Shown: positions 8,484 to 18,048 of the stretch, piece after piece
Position numbering within the stretch: the stretch's first letter is position 1
Layout: each line of letters starts with the position of its first letter
NCBI GenBank assembly: GCA_001028815.1
Contig: LDJB01000001.1
Span: 513,634 to 577,633 of the forward strand
DNA from: Peptococcaceae bacterium 1109
GTDB taxonomy: Bacteria > Bacillota > Limnochordia > Darwinibacteriales > Darwinibacteriaceae
DNA: 64,000 nucleotides
Direction: 5' to 3'
Made by a program: the position numbers and the translations under genes
Notes under the pieces: model-generated
Database searches by the model: none
What the model was told of the DNA's origin: nothing
The model's input: the letters and a program-made list of their open reading frames with translations, nothing else

Positions 8484-9965
8484 ATGGAAAGATTCAGTGT
8501 ATTCTCCGATATTGCTGAACGCACTGGCGGGAGCATCTATGTGGGTGTGGTAGGGCCCGTGCGTACAGGAAAATCAACGTTCATAAAGCGGTTCATGGAT
8601 CTGATGGTCATGCCCAACATCACTGACCCGTATGTGAAGGAACGGACCAAGGATGAACTGCCCCAGAGCGGTGCAGGGAAGACCATCACCACAACGGAGC
8701 CGAAGTTCGTCCCTGATGAGCCTGTGGAAATTGCCTTCCAAGACAATGTGAAGGCCAGGGTGCGGCTGGTAGACTGTGTGGGCTACACCGTGGCGAGTGC
8801 CAAAGGCTACGAAGATGAGAGCGGCCCCAGAATGGTTCGCACCCCTTGGTTTGAGCAGCCAATTCCTTTCCAAGAGGCTGCGGAACTAGGCACAACCAGA
8901 GTGATCTCTGAGCACAGCACCATTGGCCTGGTCCTCACGTCCGATGGGTCCATCACAGATATTCCCAGGGCAGATTATGAAGCTCCAGAAGAGCGCATCA
9001 TCCAGGAACTGCGGGAGCTGGGAAAGCCCTTTGTGGTGGCACTCAACTCCGTGCACCCAGAGCGAAAGGAAACTGTTGAGCTCGCGGAGGCCCTCACGGA
9101 GAGATACGGGGTAACGGTGGTCCCCATCGACTGTTTGCGCATGACCAGGGCAGATCTCATTGACCTGTTCCACGAAGTCTTGTTTGAGTTTCCTATCCGA
9201 GAGTTTAGCGTACGGCTCCCGAAGTGGGTGGATGAACTACCTGCAAACCACTGGCTGCGGAAGCTTTTCGAAGAAGCGGTCTACGAAGTGGTTGCCCAAA
9301 TCCGCACGCTCCGGGATATCGATGCTATTGCCGTTAGGTCCCTCGCCCGCTGTGAGCATGTAGACAGCATCACCTTATCCCACATTGACCTGGGTACAGG
9401 CAAGGTCTTGGTGAACCTCGCCACTGAAAATGAGTTGTTCTTCCAAGTGCTTTCGGATATGACCGGATTTGAGATTACCGGCGATCACCATTTGATGCGC
9501 CTGATGCAGGATTTGTCCGTGGCCAAGAAGGAGTACGATAAACTGGCCTCCGCCCTTCAGCATGTGAGGGAACATGGCTACGGCATCGTCATCCCCAGCC
9601 TGGAAGATATCACTTTTGAGCAGCCTGAACTGATTAAGCAGGGCCGCAACTTCGGCGTGCGGCTCACGGCCAGTGCTCCCTCCATCCACATGGTGCAGGC
9701 CAACATCCAGACGGAAGTAACACCCTTCGTTGGCACAGAAAAGCAAGGAGAAGAGTTGGTAAAGTCCCTGACAGAAGAGTTCCAGCAGGATCCCAATGCT
9801 CTTTGGAGCCGGGATTTTCTCGGCCGTTCTCTCCAAGATTTAGTCAGGGATGGGATCAACAGCAAGCTCCATCGCATGCCTGAGAACGCCCAAGAAAAGC
9901 TTCAGGAGACCCTAAGCAAAATCATCAATGAAGGCAGCGGCGGCTTAATCTGCATAATCCTGTAA
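8484..9965 (+). CDS. spoIVA: stage IV sporulation protein A (spore coat morphogenetic ATPase)
   Basis: MERFSVFSDIAERTGGSIYVGVVGPVRTGKSTFIKRFM... matches the SpoIVA N-terminus/Walker A; ~494 aa; RBS GAGGAGGGAAG before ATG 8484. Confidence 0.92.
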   Translation: MERFSVFSDIAERTGGSIYVGVVGPVRTGKSTFIKRFMDLMVMPNITDPYVKERTKDELPQSGAGKTITTTEPKFVPDEPVEIAFQDNVKARVRLVDCVGYTVASAKGYEDESGPRMVRTPWFEQPIPFQEAAELGTTRVISEHSTIGLVLTSDGSITDIPRADYEAPEERIIQELRELGKPFVVALNSVHPERKETVELAEALTERYGVTVVPIDCLRMTRADLIDLFHEVLFEFPIREFSVRLPKWVDELPANHWLRKLFEEAVYEVVAQIRTLRDIDAIAVRSLARCEHVDSITLSHIDLGTGKVLVNLATENELFFQVLSDMTGFEITGDHHLMRLMQDLSVAKKEYDKLASALQHVREHGYGIVIPSLEDITFEQPELIKQGRNFGVRLTASAPSIHMVQANIQTEVTPFVGTEKQGEELVKSLTEEFQQDPNALWSRDFLGRSLQDLVRDGINSKLHRMPENAQEKLQETLSKIINEGSGGLICIIL

Positions 9966-10000
9966 GAATGGAACAGCTAGCCTGTTCCATTCTTCTTGTT
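9966..10000 (+). terminator. rho-independent terminator after spoIVA
   Basis: gaatggaacag-ctagc-ctgttccattc hairpin followed by a T-rich tract. Confidence 0.7.
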
Positions 10001-10061
10001 GTGGGGGCAGTCAGAATATGGTATGTTAAAGGATAGGTAGATGCAGAGGAGCTAGCTGGTC

Positions 10062-11279
10062 ATGGGAATTATTGTACAAAAGTACGGCGGTACATCTGTG
10101 GCTGGCCCAGAGCGCATTCAGAAGGTGGCGGCACGGGTGTGCAGGGCAGTTGATGCAGGAAATCAAGTGGTAGTGGTGGTCTCTGCTCAAGGAGATACCA
10201 CCGACCAACTCCTCGAGATGGCCAGGGCGATTTCACCCCGGCCGCCTAAGCGAGAGTTGGACATGCTCCTTGCAACAGGTGAGCAGATCTCAATCGCGCT
10301 CTTGGCAATGGCCATCGATGCTTTGGGATACAAAGTGATCAGCTTAACTGGTGCCCAGGGGGGCATCATGACCGATGAGCACCACACCAAAGCTAAGATC
10401 CGCAAGGTCAATGGGGAACGGATTACCACGGAGCTGAAGCGGGGCGCCATCGTTATTGTCGCGGGATTTCAGGGCGTAACCGCTGACAACAACATTACCA
10501 CCTTAGGACGGGGAGGCTCTGATACCACAGCAGTCGCAGTGGCCGCGGCCCTCCAAGCAGATATTTGTGAGATATACACTGATGTAGCAGGAGTGTACAG
10601 TGCGGATCCGCGCATGGTGCCCGACGCTAGGCTGCTTCCTGAGGTAGGCTACGATGAAATGCTAGAGCTGGCCTCCTTAGGTGCCCTGATTTTGCAGCCC
10701 CGGGCTGTGGAGGTCGCGGCCATCTATGGAGTGCCCCTCCACGTGCGGTCCAGCTTCCAGGATTGCCCTGGTACGATTGTGAGAGAGGTGGAAGATGTGG
10801 AGAAGGCTGTATCAGTCACGGGCGTAGCCTCTGATGACAACTGTGCTCAAATCACCATCATCGGTGTGCCGCAAGAGGTAAACACACTCCAGCTGGTGTT
10901 TGCCAGCTTGGCTGAAGAAGGCATCAATGTGGATATGATCGTGAAGGCCAGCGGGAGGGCGGCCACAACCAACCTCTCCTTTACCGTACAGCGCAGCGAC
11001 TTACAGTCTGCCCTGGAGGCAATTCATCACCTTCCCGGGGCAGGCCAGTGGGAGATCTCTGCCAATGAAGATGTCGCCAAAGTGTCCATCGTGGGCGCGG
11101 GCATGATGACCAACCCAGGCGTCGCTGCAGCAATGTTTGATGTTTTGGCCGAGGAAGGCGTGCCCGTTGAACTGGTGACGACATCGGAGATCAAGGTATC
11201 TTGCCTCGTTCCCCGCAAGCGACTGAAGGATGCGGTTTCTTCTTGTCACCGTAGATTTTGCCTGCATGAAGCAAAATAA
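10062..11279 (+). CDS. lysC: aspartate kinase
   Basis: [10 protein letters not shown]-terminus, kinase core and C-terminal ACT domains; 405 aa. Confidence 0.9.
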   Translation: MGIIVQKYGGTSVAGPERIQKVAARVCRAVDAGNQVVVVVSAQGDTTDQLLEMARAISPRPPKRELDMLLATGEQISIALLAMAIDALGYKVISLTGAQGGIMTDEHHTKAKIRKVNGERITTELKRGAIVIVAGFQGVTADNNITTLGRGGSDTTAVAVAAALQADICEIYTDVAGVYSADPRMVPDARLLPEVGYDEMLELASLGALILQPRAVEVAAIYGVPLHVRSSFQDCPGTIVREVEDVEKAVSVTGVASDDNCAQITIIGVPQEVNTLQLVFASLAEEGINVDMIVKASGRAATTNLSFTVQRSDLQSALEAIHHLPGAGQWEISANEDVAKVSIVGAGMMTNPGVAAAMFDVLAEEGVPVELVTTSEIKVSCLVPRKRLKDAVSSCHRRFCLHEAK

Positions 11280-11334
11280 CAGCACAAAAGAGCTTGCCTT
11301 TTTCCCAGTTTCATGGTATCCTTGATATTGCAGT

Positions 11335-11412
11335 CGGGGCGTGGCGCAGTTTGGCTAGCGCGCTACCTTGGGGTGGTAGAGGTCGCCTGTTCAAATCAGG
11401 TCGCCCCGACCA
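11335..11412 (+). tRNA. tRNA-Pro (anticodon GGG)
   Basis: Cloverleaf: acceptor CGGGGCG/CGCCCCG, anticodon stem ctacc/ggtag with loop ttGGGgt, T-loop TTCAAAT, encoded CCA. Confidence 0.8.
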
Positions 11413-11425
11413 TTTTACTTAGAGG

Positions 11426-11453
11426 CCTACAGTGAATACTGTGGGTTTTTTTA
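11426..11453 (+). terminator. terminator after tRNA-Pro
   Basis: cctacagtg...actgtggg hairpin followed by TTTTTTT. Confidence 0.6.
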
Positions 11454-11525
11454 TTTGAAGGAATGCGGTGCATCCGCGGCAAATATCTTATAGTCCGGGA
11501 AACACTTTGAGAGGGGATTGGGGCG

Positions 11526-12869
11526 GTGCTCAAGACCTGTATTGCACTCCTGCTTATCGTCGTCTCTATGGGCAGCAGCTGGGCTCATGGAGCAAGTTAC
11601 TACAGGGTTGATCGGCCCGAACTCGATGGCACGGTGCTCTTGGTGGCAGATCTTTATGATACCCAGGAACCCCAAGTTGTGTTGGGGCGCCATAGCGGGG
11701 TGCATATCGTAGCCGACGGGGAAGGGCGGCAAATCATCGGCGACTTGCCCGGCACAGTGACCGCCTTGGCCGCGGGCGATCTTACGGGGGATTTTCGTCC
11801 CGAACTACTGGTAGGCACAGACAATGCTGGGGCATTCTATATATATGAGCACCGGGACGGCAAGTGGCTGAGAGTGGGACGCGCCCGCTATCTGTGGGAA
11901 CCCATAAGCTACCTAGCAGTCCACGACATAAACAATGACGGGTGGGGCGATGTACTGGCTCTTAACCGTTTGGGGGAAGCGGAAGTCTTCCTTTCGTGGG
12001 AGGGAGAGCTTTACAGCTTCTGGCGTGCCTCTGGCGTAAGGCACTTCCGCGCAGCAGATATTGATCAAGACGGAGTGGACGAGATTATCTTCACCAGAGC
12101 TCAGGGGCATATTGGTATCCTCAAATGGACTGATCAGCAGCTTGAGATACTGTGGGAGAACTACCCTTGGGGGACCATTGAGAGCTTCTTCGTGGTGGAA
12201 GATGGTCCCATGCCGGAATGGGTAGTGGTGACCAGCCAGAAAATGCTGTACGGCTGGCGCTGGCAGAACGGCCAAGTGTCTAGCACAAGGCACTTTCATG
12301 CCCCTTTACTAGGTGAGTTTCTGACCTATATACCAGGGGCAGGCGTCCTCAGTTTCGCTCGTTCCCGGGGAGCTTCTATGTTACAGGTCCAGGCAGGCGG
12401 CGTACAGGAACTGTGGAACGTCCCAGACGTTTGGGGCGAACAGGTTTACCCCCTGCAGGACAGTTTTCTTGTGCGGGACAGCAGCTACAACTATTTCCTC
12501 CTTGCCCCTAGCGACGGGCGCTGGCAGGTGTTCCGGGGCGAAGAGAATATTACGGATGAGTTTGAGCTGGTATGGCAAGACGGGTTGATGTTCACAGAGG
12601 TGGGCAGGGCAGCGACAAGCCTCGGATTGTCTCTCTTTGGTACCGACCCCTTGTACATTATCGGGAACAACGGCTTCGTGAGAACTGCCCTTGGGGACGC
12701 AGGCGCGGTGCGAGATGGCCTCACTTTCCCCCTACCCGGAGCTCCATTTAGCGCCGATGATTCCCTTTATGTTCCGGTGGAAGTATTCAACCTGGTGGGT
12801 TACAGGGTCGATGTAGACCAAGCGAGGCAGCAGGTTCGCTTTATGCCCCACTGGGGCTGGTGGTATTAG
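11526..12869 (+). CDS. secreted FG-GAP/VCBS-like repeat protein with copper-amine-oxidase-N-like C-terminal domain
   Basis: Signal peptide; repeated D.N.DG/DIDQDG Ca-binding-like motifs; C-terminal ...LYVPVEVFNLVGYRVDVD... stalk-like domain. Confidence 0.55.
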   Translation: MLKTCIALLLIVVSMGSSWAHGASYYRVDRPELDGTVLLVADLYDTQEPQVVLGRHSGVHIVADGEGRQIIGDLPGTVTALAAGDLTGDFRPELLVGTDNAGAFYIYEHRDGKWLRVGRARYLWEPISYLAVHDINNDGWGDVLALNRLGEAEVFLSWEGELYSFWRASGVRHFRAADIDQDGVDEIIFTRAQGHIGILKWTDQQLEILWENYPWGTIESFFVVEDGPMPEWVVVTSQKMLYGWRWQNGQVSSTRHFHAPLLGEFLTYIPGAGVLSFARSRGASMLQVQAGGVQELWNVPDVWGEQVYPLQDSFLVRDSSYNYFLLAPSDGRWQVFRGEENITDEFELVWQDGLMFTEVGRAATSLGLSLFGTDPLYIIGNNGFVRTALGDAGAVRDGLTFPLPGAPFSADDSLYVPVEVFNLVGYRVDVDQARQQVRFMPHWGWWY

Positions 12870-13015
12870 GTTATTCCATCTTTCCTGTGTTGCTCGGCAG
12901 GAGAGATGCGTTTATGCGTGGAATCTTTGGTAAGGTGTCTCTTTTCTAACCTACTTGTTACAATGAAGCAGGAGGCCATAAATACTTACTGTATAGAACA
13001 AGAGGAGGAAAATTA

Positions 13016-15070
13016 GTGAAGAACTATGGTGCACAGTTTTTGCGAAATGTTGCTTTGATGTCCCACGGAGGTGCTGGTAAGACCTCTTTGGCAGAAGCAA
13101 TGCTGTTTACGGTGAAAGCCACCTCTCGGTTGGGACGAGTGGATGACGGGACTTCGATTTTGGACTATGATCCAGAAGAGGTTCGCCGCCAGATCACGAT
13201 TAATACGGCTATTGCTCCAATAGAGTGGAATAACCATAAGATTAACGTCCTGGACACACCAGGGTACTTCGACTTTGTGGGCGAGGTTATCGCAGCTGGG
13301 CGAGTCGCTGACTCTGCTTTGATTGTGGTCTGCGCTTCTTCTGGTGTCGAAGTAGGTACGGAAAAGGCATGGGAGTACGCTGATGCAGCCGAGCTTCCCC
13401 GGATGATTTTCATCAACAAGATGGATCGGGAAAACGCGGACTTCGACAAGGTCGTGGACCAACTGCGGGAGTTCTTCGGGCCCAAGGTTGTGCCTGTCCA
13501 GCTTCCCATGGGCAATGCTCAGGACTTCTCCGGCATTATTGACCTGGTGAAGGGCAAAGCCTTTGGTAAAGACGGCAAGGAAATGGCTATTCCTGGCGAC
13601 CTCCAAGATGCAGTAGATGCTGCCCGGGATGCCCTTATGGAAGCTGTCTCTGTGGCTGATGATGAGCTCATGATGAAATACCTTGAAGGGGAACCTCTTA
13701 CCGATGAGGAGATCGGCGAGGCTCTTCGGTTGGGGACCAAGTCTGGTGACGTAGTCCCAGTGTTCTGCGGTTCTGCAGCGCAGGGCGCAGGCATTAACCT
13801 GCTCCTCGACCATATTGTGAGCTGTGCACCTTCTCCAGTGGAGCGGAAGGCAGAGGGGACACTGAAGGGCGAAGCGATTACTGTCAACACCGATGATGCG
13901 GCCCTCTGTGCACAGGTGTTTAAGACGATGGCTGACCCCTACGTGGGTAAGCTCACCCTCTTTAGAGTATTCTCCGGTACCATCAAGTCCGACTCCACAG
14001 TGTTCAACACCCGCAGCGGCAAGGACGAGCGCATTGGCCAGCTGTTTGTGATCAAGGGCAAGGAACAGATCGCTGTGACTCAGATCGGCCCTGGCGATAT
14101 TGGCGCCGTCGCGAAGCTGCAAGACACCAACACTAACGATACCCTGGCTACCAAAGACAGGCCTGTCCAGCTGAAACCCATCGACTTCCCCGCTCCTTCC
14201 ATGACCATGGCCGCTGCTCCTAAGGCCAAGGGAGATGAAGATAAGATCAGTTCTGGCCTCACCCGGTTGGCGGAAGAAGACCCAACCTTCAAAGTGGAAA
14301 AGAGCAGTGAGACTGGGCAGACACTCATCAGCGGTATGGGCGACTTGCACTTGGAAGTGATGTGCAGCAGGCTGAAGAGCAAGTTTGGGGCAGATGTTGA
14401 GCTTACCAACCCCATAGTGCCCTACCGGGAGGCAATTCGCGGCAAGGCTAAGGTGGAAGGTAAACACAAGAAGCAAAGTGGTGGACGGGGCCAGTACGGT
14501 CACGTGTGGCTTGAACTGGCACCTGCAGATCCCGATCAAGAAGAGCGTCTGCGCTTCGTTGATGCCATCTTCGGCGGTGCCGTTCCCCGGCAGTACATCC
14601 CCGCGGTGGAAAAAGGCCTGTTGGAGATCATCGATGAAGGCGTGTTGGCGGGTTACCCAGTAGAGAAGATCAAAGTGACCCTGTTGGACGGCTCCTACCA
14701 CGCGGTAGACTCTTCCGAAATGGCGTTTAAGATTGCTACCCACTTAGCCTTTAAGAAGGGCTTTATGGAAGCTAACCCCATTCTTCTCGAACCCATTATG
14801 AATGTGGAAGTAAGGGTGCCCGAGGCCTTCATGGGCGATGTTATGGGTGACATGAACAAAAAGCGCGGCCGCATCATGGGAATGGAACCTGCTGGCCAGA
14901 TGCAGGTGATTAAGGCCCAAGCCCCGATGGCCGAGATGTTCCGCTACGCGATCGATCTGAGGTCTATGACCCAAGGCAGAGGCTCTTTCACCATGGAGTT
15001 CAGCCATTACGAAGAAGTGCCTGCGCAGATCGCAGAACACATTATCGCGGAGAGTAAGAAGGAAGACTAG
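13016..15070 (+). CDS. elongation factor G paralog (EF-G2-like translational GTPase)
   Basis: AHGGAGKTSL, DTPGYFDF, NKMD G-motifs plus EF-G domains II-V; 684 aa; RBS AGGAGG before GTG 13016. Confidence 0.85.
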   Translation: MKNYGAQFLRNVALMSHGGAGKTSLAEAMLFTVKATSRLGRVDDGTSILDYDPEEVRRQITINTAIAPIEWNNHKINVLDTPGYFDFVGEVIAAGRVADSALIVVCASSGVEVGTEKAWEYADAAELPRMIFINKMDRENADFDKVVDQLREFFGPKVVPVQLPMGNAQDFSGIIDLVKGKAFGKDGKEMAIPGDLQDAVDAARDALMEAVSVADDELMMKYLEGEPLTDEEIGEALRLGTKSGDVVPVFCGSAAQGAGINLLLDHIVSCAPSPVERKAEGTLKGEAITVNTDDAALCAQVFKTMADPYVGKLTLFRVFSGTIKSDSTVFNTRSGKDERIGQLFVIKGKEQIAVTQIGPGDIGAVAKLQDTNTNDTLATKDRPVQLKPIDFPAPSMTMAAAPKAKGDEDKISSGLTRLAEEDPTFKVEKSSETGQTLISGMGDLHLEVMCSRLKSKFGADVELTNPIVPYREAIRGKAKVEGKHKKQSGGRGQYGHVWLELAPADPDQEERLRFVDAIFGGAVPRQYIPAVEKGLLEIIDEGVLAGYPVEKIKVTLLDGSYHAVDSSEMAFKIATHLAFKKGFMEANPILLEPIMNVEVRVPEAFMGDVMGDMNKKRGRIMGMEPAGQMQVIKAQAPMAEMFRYAIDLRSMTQGRGSFTMEFSHYEEVPAQIAEHIIAESKKED

Positions 15071-15086
15071 GATAGTCATGCACTTG

Positions 15087-15118
15087 AATATGCAGCCCCT
15101 GTGGGCTGCATATTTTTG
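15087..15118 (+). terminator. rho-independent terminator after EF-G paralog
   Basis: aatatgcagccc-ctgt-gggctgcatatt hairpin followed by TTTTT. Confidence 0.7.
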
Positions 15119-15145
15119 TGCCCCCTACATATGGTGTTCTAGGGG

Positions 15146-15544
15146 GTGAAGGAAGTGCGAGCGGGAAAGGGAAGCAATGGCGGTTGGCCAGTTGATCCTA
15201 GGGCACTGCTATACGGCTGGTTTGGGGCAGGTGTTTCCCTCGTGGTCTGGGCTGCACTGCTTACCGCGTGGGGGATGCTAGCGGAGCGGGAGCCCAGCGC
15301 AGCTGTGCTTAGAACTCTAGCCCTGCTCTCTGTTGCCCTCGGGGGATACTTCGCCGGCAGAAGATGCCGCTGTAGGGCTTGGCTTAATGGTGTGCTCACC
15401 GCTGCAGGATTCTGCCTGGCTCTTACTTGGCTCACCGGTGGCATAGGAGAAGGGCCGTGGTTGTGGCTGCGGGCACTGCTTTTCCTGAGCTTCTTGGGAA
15501 TGGTAGGGGGAATTATCGGAGGACTCAAAAGACACACGGGATGA
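15146..15544 (+). CDS. small hypothetical membrane protein (3 TM helices)
   Basis: Hydrophobic segments; Gly-rich C-terminus; coding status not verified. Confidence 0.4.
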   Translation: MKEVRAGKGSNGGWPVDPRALLYGWFGAGVSLVVWAALLTAWGMLAEREPSAAVLRTLALLSVALGGYFAGRRCRCRAWLNGVLTAAGFCLALTWLTGGIGEGPWLWLRALLFLSFLGMVGGIIGGLKRHTG

Positions 15545-15569
15545 GGGAGGAGTTGCAGCGTGGCATGTA

Positions 15570-15863
15570 CCATTCACCTGTAGAATCCACAGGACTTTCC
15601 TGGGGTGGAGGCAGTGCTCAAAGGGAAGAAGGGATTGCCAGGGCACGGGATCGTGGGTACGGGCAATTGTGCTTCTAGGAAATCCGAGGTTCTATGGCCG
15701 CTTTGGCTTTGGACGGGCTTCCCAGTACGGCCTTATCTTGTGGCCTGGTTTCGAAAGGGATCACCTGCTTGTGTTGGAACTGCGAGAGGGAGCACGCGAC
15801 GGAGTCCAGGGGAAGGCACGGTACTGCAGCCCATTCTACAACGCCGCAGGGGAACTGCTGTGA
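15570..15863 (+). pseudogene. GNAT (YhbS-like) N-acetyltransferase remnant, 5'-truncated and frameshifted
   Basis: Frame 1 ...VESTGLSWGGGSAQREEGIARARDRGYGQLCF and frame 3 LLGNPRFYGRFGFGRAS...ELREGA...GKARY align to the contiguous GNAT motif A plus C-terminus (QG.GIG..L...G...a...G...l.LGdP.yY.rFGF); frame switch near 15668-15675; no N-terminal half present. Confidence 0.6.
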
Positions 15864-15880
15864 AGATAATGCTGAGTAAA

Positions 15881-15912
15881 TAACAAAATCTCCAGGTTTT
15901 CAGGCCTGGAGA
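15881..15912 (-). terminator. terminator downstream of tRNA-Trp (minus strand)
   Basis: tctccagg...cctggaga hairpin with a TTTTGTT tract on the minus strand. Confidence 0.6.
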
Positions 15913-15932
15913 CTTGGATGCCAGTAATATAA

Positions 15933-16008
15933 TGGCAGGGGAGACAGGAATCGAACCCGCAACACCCGGTTTTGGAGACCGGTGCTCTACCAATTGAGCT
16001 ACTCCCCT
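15933..16008 (-). tRNA. tRNA-Trp (anticodon CCA)
   Basis: Reverse complement AGGGGAGTAGCTCAATTGGTAGAGCACCGGTCTCCAAAACCGG...TTCGATTCC...CTCCCCTGCCA; anticodon loop cuCCAaa; the track ORF 15733..16020 is just a translation across this tRNA. Confidence 0.85.
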
Positions 16009-16074
16009 GCGACAATTCATATCTTACCACAACCTCTCAGCCTGGTCAACTCTTCCGCAACGAAAATTCTCCAT

Positions 16075-17273
16075 GGCTCATTGTAGAATGAAATGCAACA
16101 CGAAGAAATGAATGGAACCACAGCCAGAAACCCTGTATGATGTTGGTATCCACACTAACACGATACGGAGGTTTCGGCTATGGTTCCTGAACATAAGAAT
16201 ACCACATCTCGCCGCAAGTTTAAACATCTCTCTGCGTTCGAGCGAGGTAAAATCAGTGCCCTCCTAGACCAAGGTCTAACATTCAGGGCCATCGCCCGAG
16301 AACTGGGAAGGCACCCAAGCACCATAGCCAGGGAAATCAAGCGAGGAACAACAACACAGCTGGATACGAATTTAGTGGCACATCAACGCTACTACCCGGA
16401 GACCGGCCAAGCAGTCTACGAAAAGAACAGGGCCAACTGTAAGCGGCAGCTTCGTATCGGACAGGTAACGAAGTTCCTCAACTGGGCAGAGAATAAAATG
16501 CGCGATGAAAGCTGGTCACCTGATGTAGTTGTGGGCTATGCACAACTGCATCGCTTGTTCAAAAGAGAAGAGATGGTGTGCGCCAAGACTCTCTACAGTT
16601 ACATTGACCGCAACCTACTCAAGATCCGAAACATTGATCTGCCGCTGAAAACGAGGCGTAAGCCCAAGAGATCACGGCCACCAGCAAAGCGGACAAGGGG
16701 CCGGAGCATCGATGAAAGACCGCCGTCCGCTGAAGACAGAACTGAATTCGGGCACTGGGAGATCGACACGGTACAAGGCAAAAAATCAGGCGACATGGCT
16801 TTGCTAACGCTCACCGAGCGGAAAACAAGGCTACACCTACTTCTCCCACTGCGTTCCTGCTGCGCCGAAGAAGTGGACAAGGCTGTCAAAGGCCTAACCA
16901 AACCCTTGGGTTCCCTCTTCCGCCAAGTGTTCAAGACTATAACAGCCGACAACGGTACTGAGTTCAGCTCCCTAGACCGCAGTAGCCTTGAGATCTACTT
17001 CAGCCATCCCTATTCAGCCTGGGCGCGCGGGACAAACGAGAGACACAACGGCCTGACAAGGCGCTTCATTCCGAAGGGGAAGCCCATCAAGTCCTTTAGC
17101 GCAGACCACATCCGAAGAGCTGAGACCTTGGTGAATAACCTACCTCGGAAGATCTTGGGTTACCGCACACCGTTGGAGCTCTTCCAGGAGGAACTATCGA
17201 AGCTGGACGCAACTGTGAAATGCTTTATAGAACGGGTTTCTGGCTAGCCGTTGCATTTGCTATTGCACTTTAG
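16075..17273 (+). mobile_element. IS30-family insertion sequence (~1.2 kb) with imperfect terminal inverted repeats
   Basis: Single transposase ORF; left end ggctcattgtagaatgaaatgcaac versus right-end reverse complement ctaaagtgcaatagcaaatgcaacggc share the ...AAATGCAAC core; flanked by direct repeat acgaaaattctccat at 16060-16074 and 17274-17288. Confidence 0.75.
16180..17247 (+). CDS. IS30-family transposase (HTH + DDE)
   Basis: N-terminal HTH (LSAFERGKISALLDQGLTFRAIARELGRHPSTIAREIKRG) and DDE integrase core (...WEIDTV...TADNGTEF...); 355 aa, typical of IS30. Confidence 0.9.
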   Translation: MVPEHKNTTSRRKFKHLSAFERGKISALLDQGLTFRAIARELGRHPSTIAREIKRGTTTQLDTNLVAHQRYYPETGQAVYEKNRANCKRQLRIGQVTKFLNWAENKMRDESWSPDVVVGYAQLHRLFKREEMVCAKTLYSYIDRNLLKIRNIDLPLKTRRKPKRSRPPAKRTRGRSIDERPPSAEDRTEFGHWEIDTVQGKKSGDMALLTLTERKTRLHLLLPLRSCCAEEVDKAVKGLTKPLGSLFRQVFKTITADNGTEFSSLDRSSLEIYFSHPYSAWARGTNERHNGLTRRFIPKGKPIKSFSADHIRRAETLVNNLPRKILGYRTPLELFQEELSKLDATVKCFIERVSG

Positions 17274-17396
17274 ACGAAAATTCTCCATCTGGACAACCTA
17301 TACAAGAGCCGGTGTGCGCCTGCGGTGGTCCGGCAGGAGTTTGATGGTATTTGTCAAAGTAGTAAGATTGATTGTACTTACAAAGGAGTGGAGCAA

Positions 17397-17984
17397 TTGC
17401 TGAAGGAGTTTCTCGGGGAAGTCCCAGTGGGGGTTTCCAATCGTCATGTGCATCTTTCTAAGGAACATCTCGCGCTCTTGTTTGGTGATGGTTACGAGTT
17501 AACCGTAAAGAAGGCACTGTCCCAAACAGGGCAGTATGCAGCTGAAGAGACTGTAACCCTGGAAGGGCCAAAGCGCTCAATAGGTAACGTTCGCATCCTA
17601 GGCCCCGTCCGCGGCCAGACGCAGGTGGAAGTCTCCCGGACTGATGCTTTCACATTGGGTGTTAACGCACCTGTGCGGGATTCAGGCTCGCTTGCAGGTT
17701 CCCCCGGCATCAAGATCATCGGGCCCAAGGGCAGCATCACCCTGGAAGAAGGGGTCATCATCGCCCAGAGGCATATTCATATGGATGAGGCAACCGCAGA
17801 ACGTTTCGGCGTTAAGGATAAAGACATCGTTTCGGTTGTGGTAGATGGCGAGCGGGCAGTGGTCTTCAGGAACGTGCTGATCCGCGTGCGCAATGACTTC
17901 GTCCTCGACATGCATATCGATACGGACGAAGCCAACGCAGCTTCTCTTGCCAACGGCCAATTAGTAAAGGTCTACCGTGACTGA
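17397..17984 (+). CDS. pduL: phosphate propanoyltransferase PduL-family (phosphotransacylase)
   Basis: VPVGVSNRHVHLS and HIHM motifs duplicated, as in PduL; start uncertain (TTG 17397 with AAAGGAG RBS; track ORF begins 17325). Confidence 0.75.
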   Translation: MLKEFLGEVPVGVSNRHVHLSKEHLALLFGDGYELTVKKALSQTGQYAAEETVTLEGPKRSIGNVRILGPVRGQTQVEVSRTDAFTLGVNAPVRDSGSLAGSPGIKIIGPKGSITLEEGVIIAQRHIHMDEATAERFGVKDKDIVSVVVDGERAVVFRNVLIRVRNDFVLDMHIDTDEANAASLANGQLVKVYRD

Positions 17985-18048
17985 GTGATCGGAAAAGGAG
18001 GTGGAGAGGCTGCCGGCAATTGCCACTGACAGACGGCAGCCTACGTTC

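Noticed and set aside
9966-10061. Possible lysine (L-box) riboswitch upstream of lysC
   Set aside because: Intergenic space (~95 nt including the spoIVA terminator) is far too short for an L-box (~180 nt) and conserved L-box helices were not seen.
13013-14743. 576-aa minus-strand ORF
   Set aside because: Fully antisense to the strongly conserved EF-G paralogue; high-GC antisense ORF artefact.
15733-16020. 95-aa minus-strand ORF containing AQLVEHRSPKPGVAGSIP
   Set aside because: This peptide is the characteristic translation of a tRNA gene; the region is tRNA-Trp plus its terminator.
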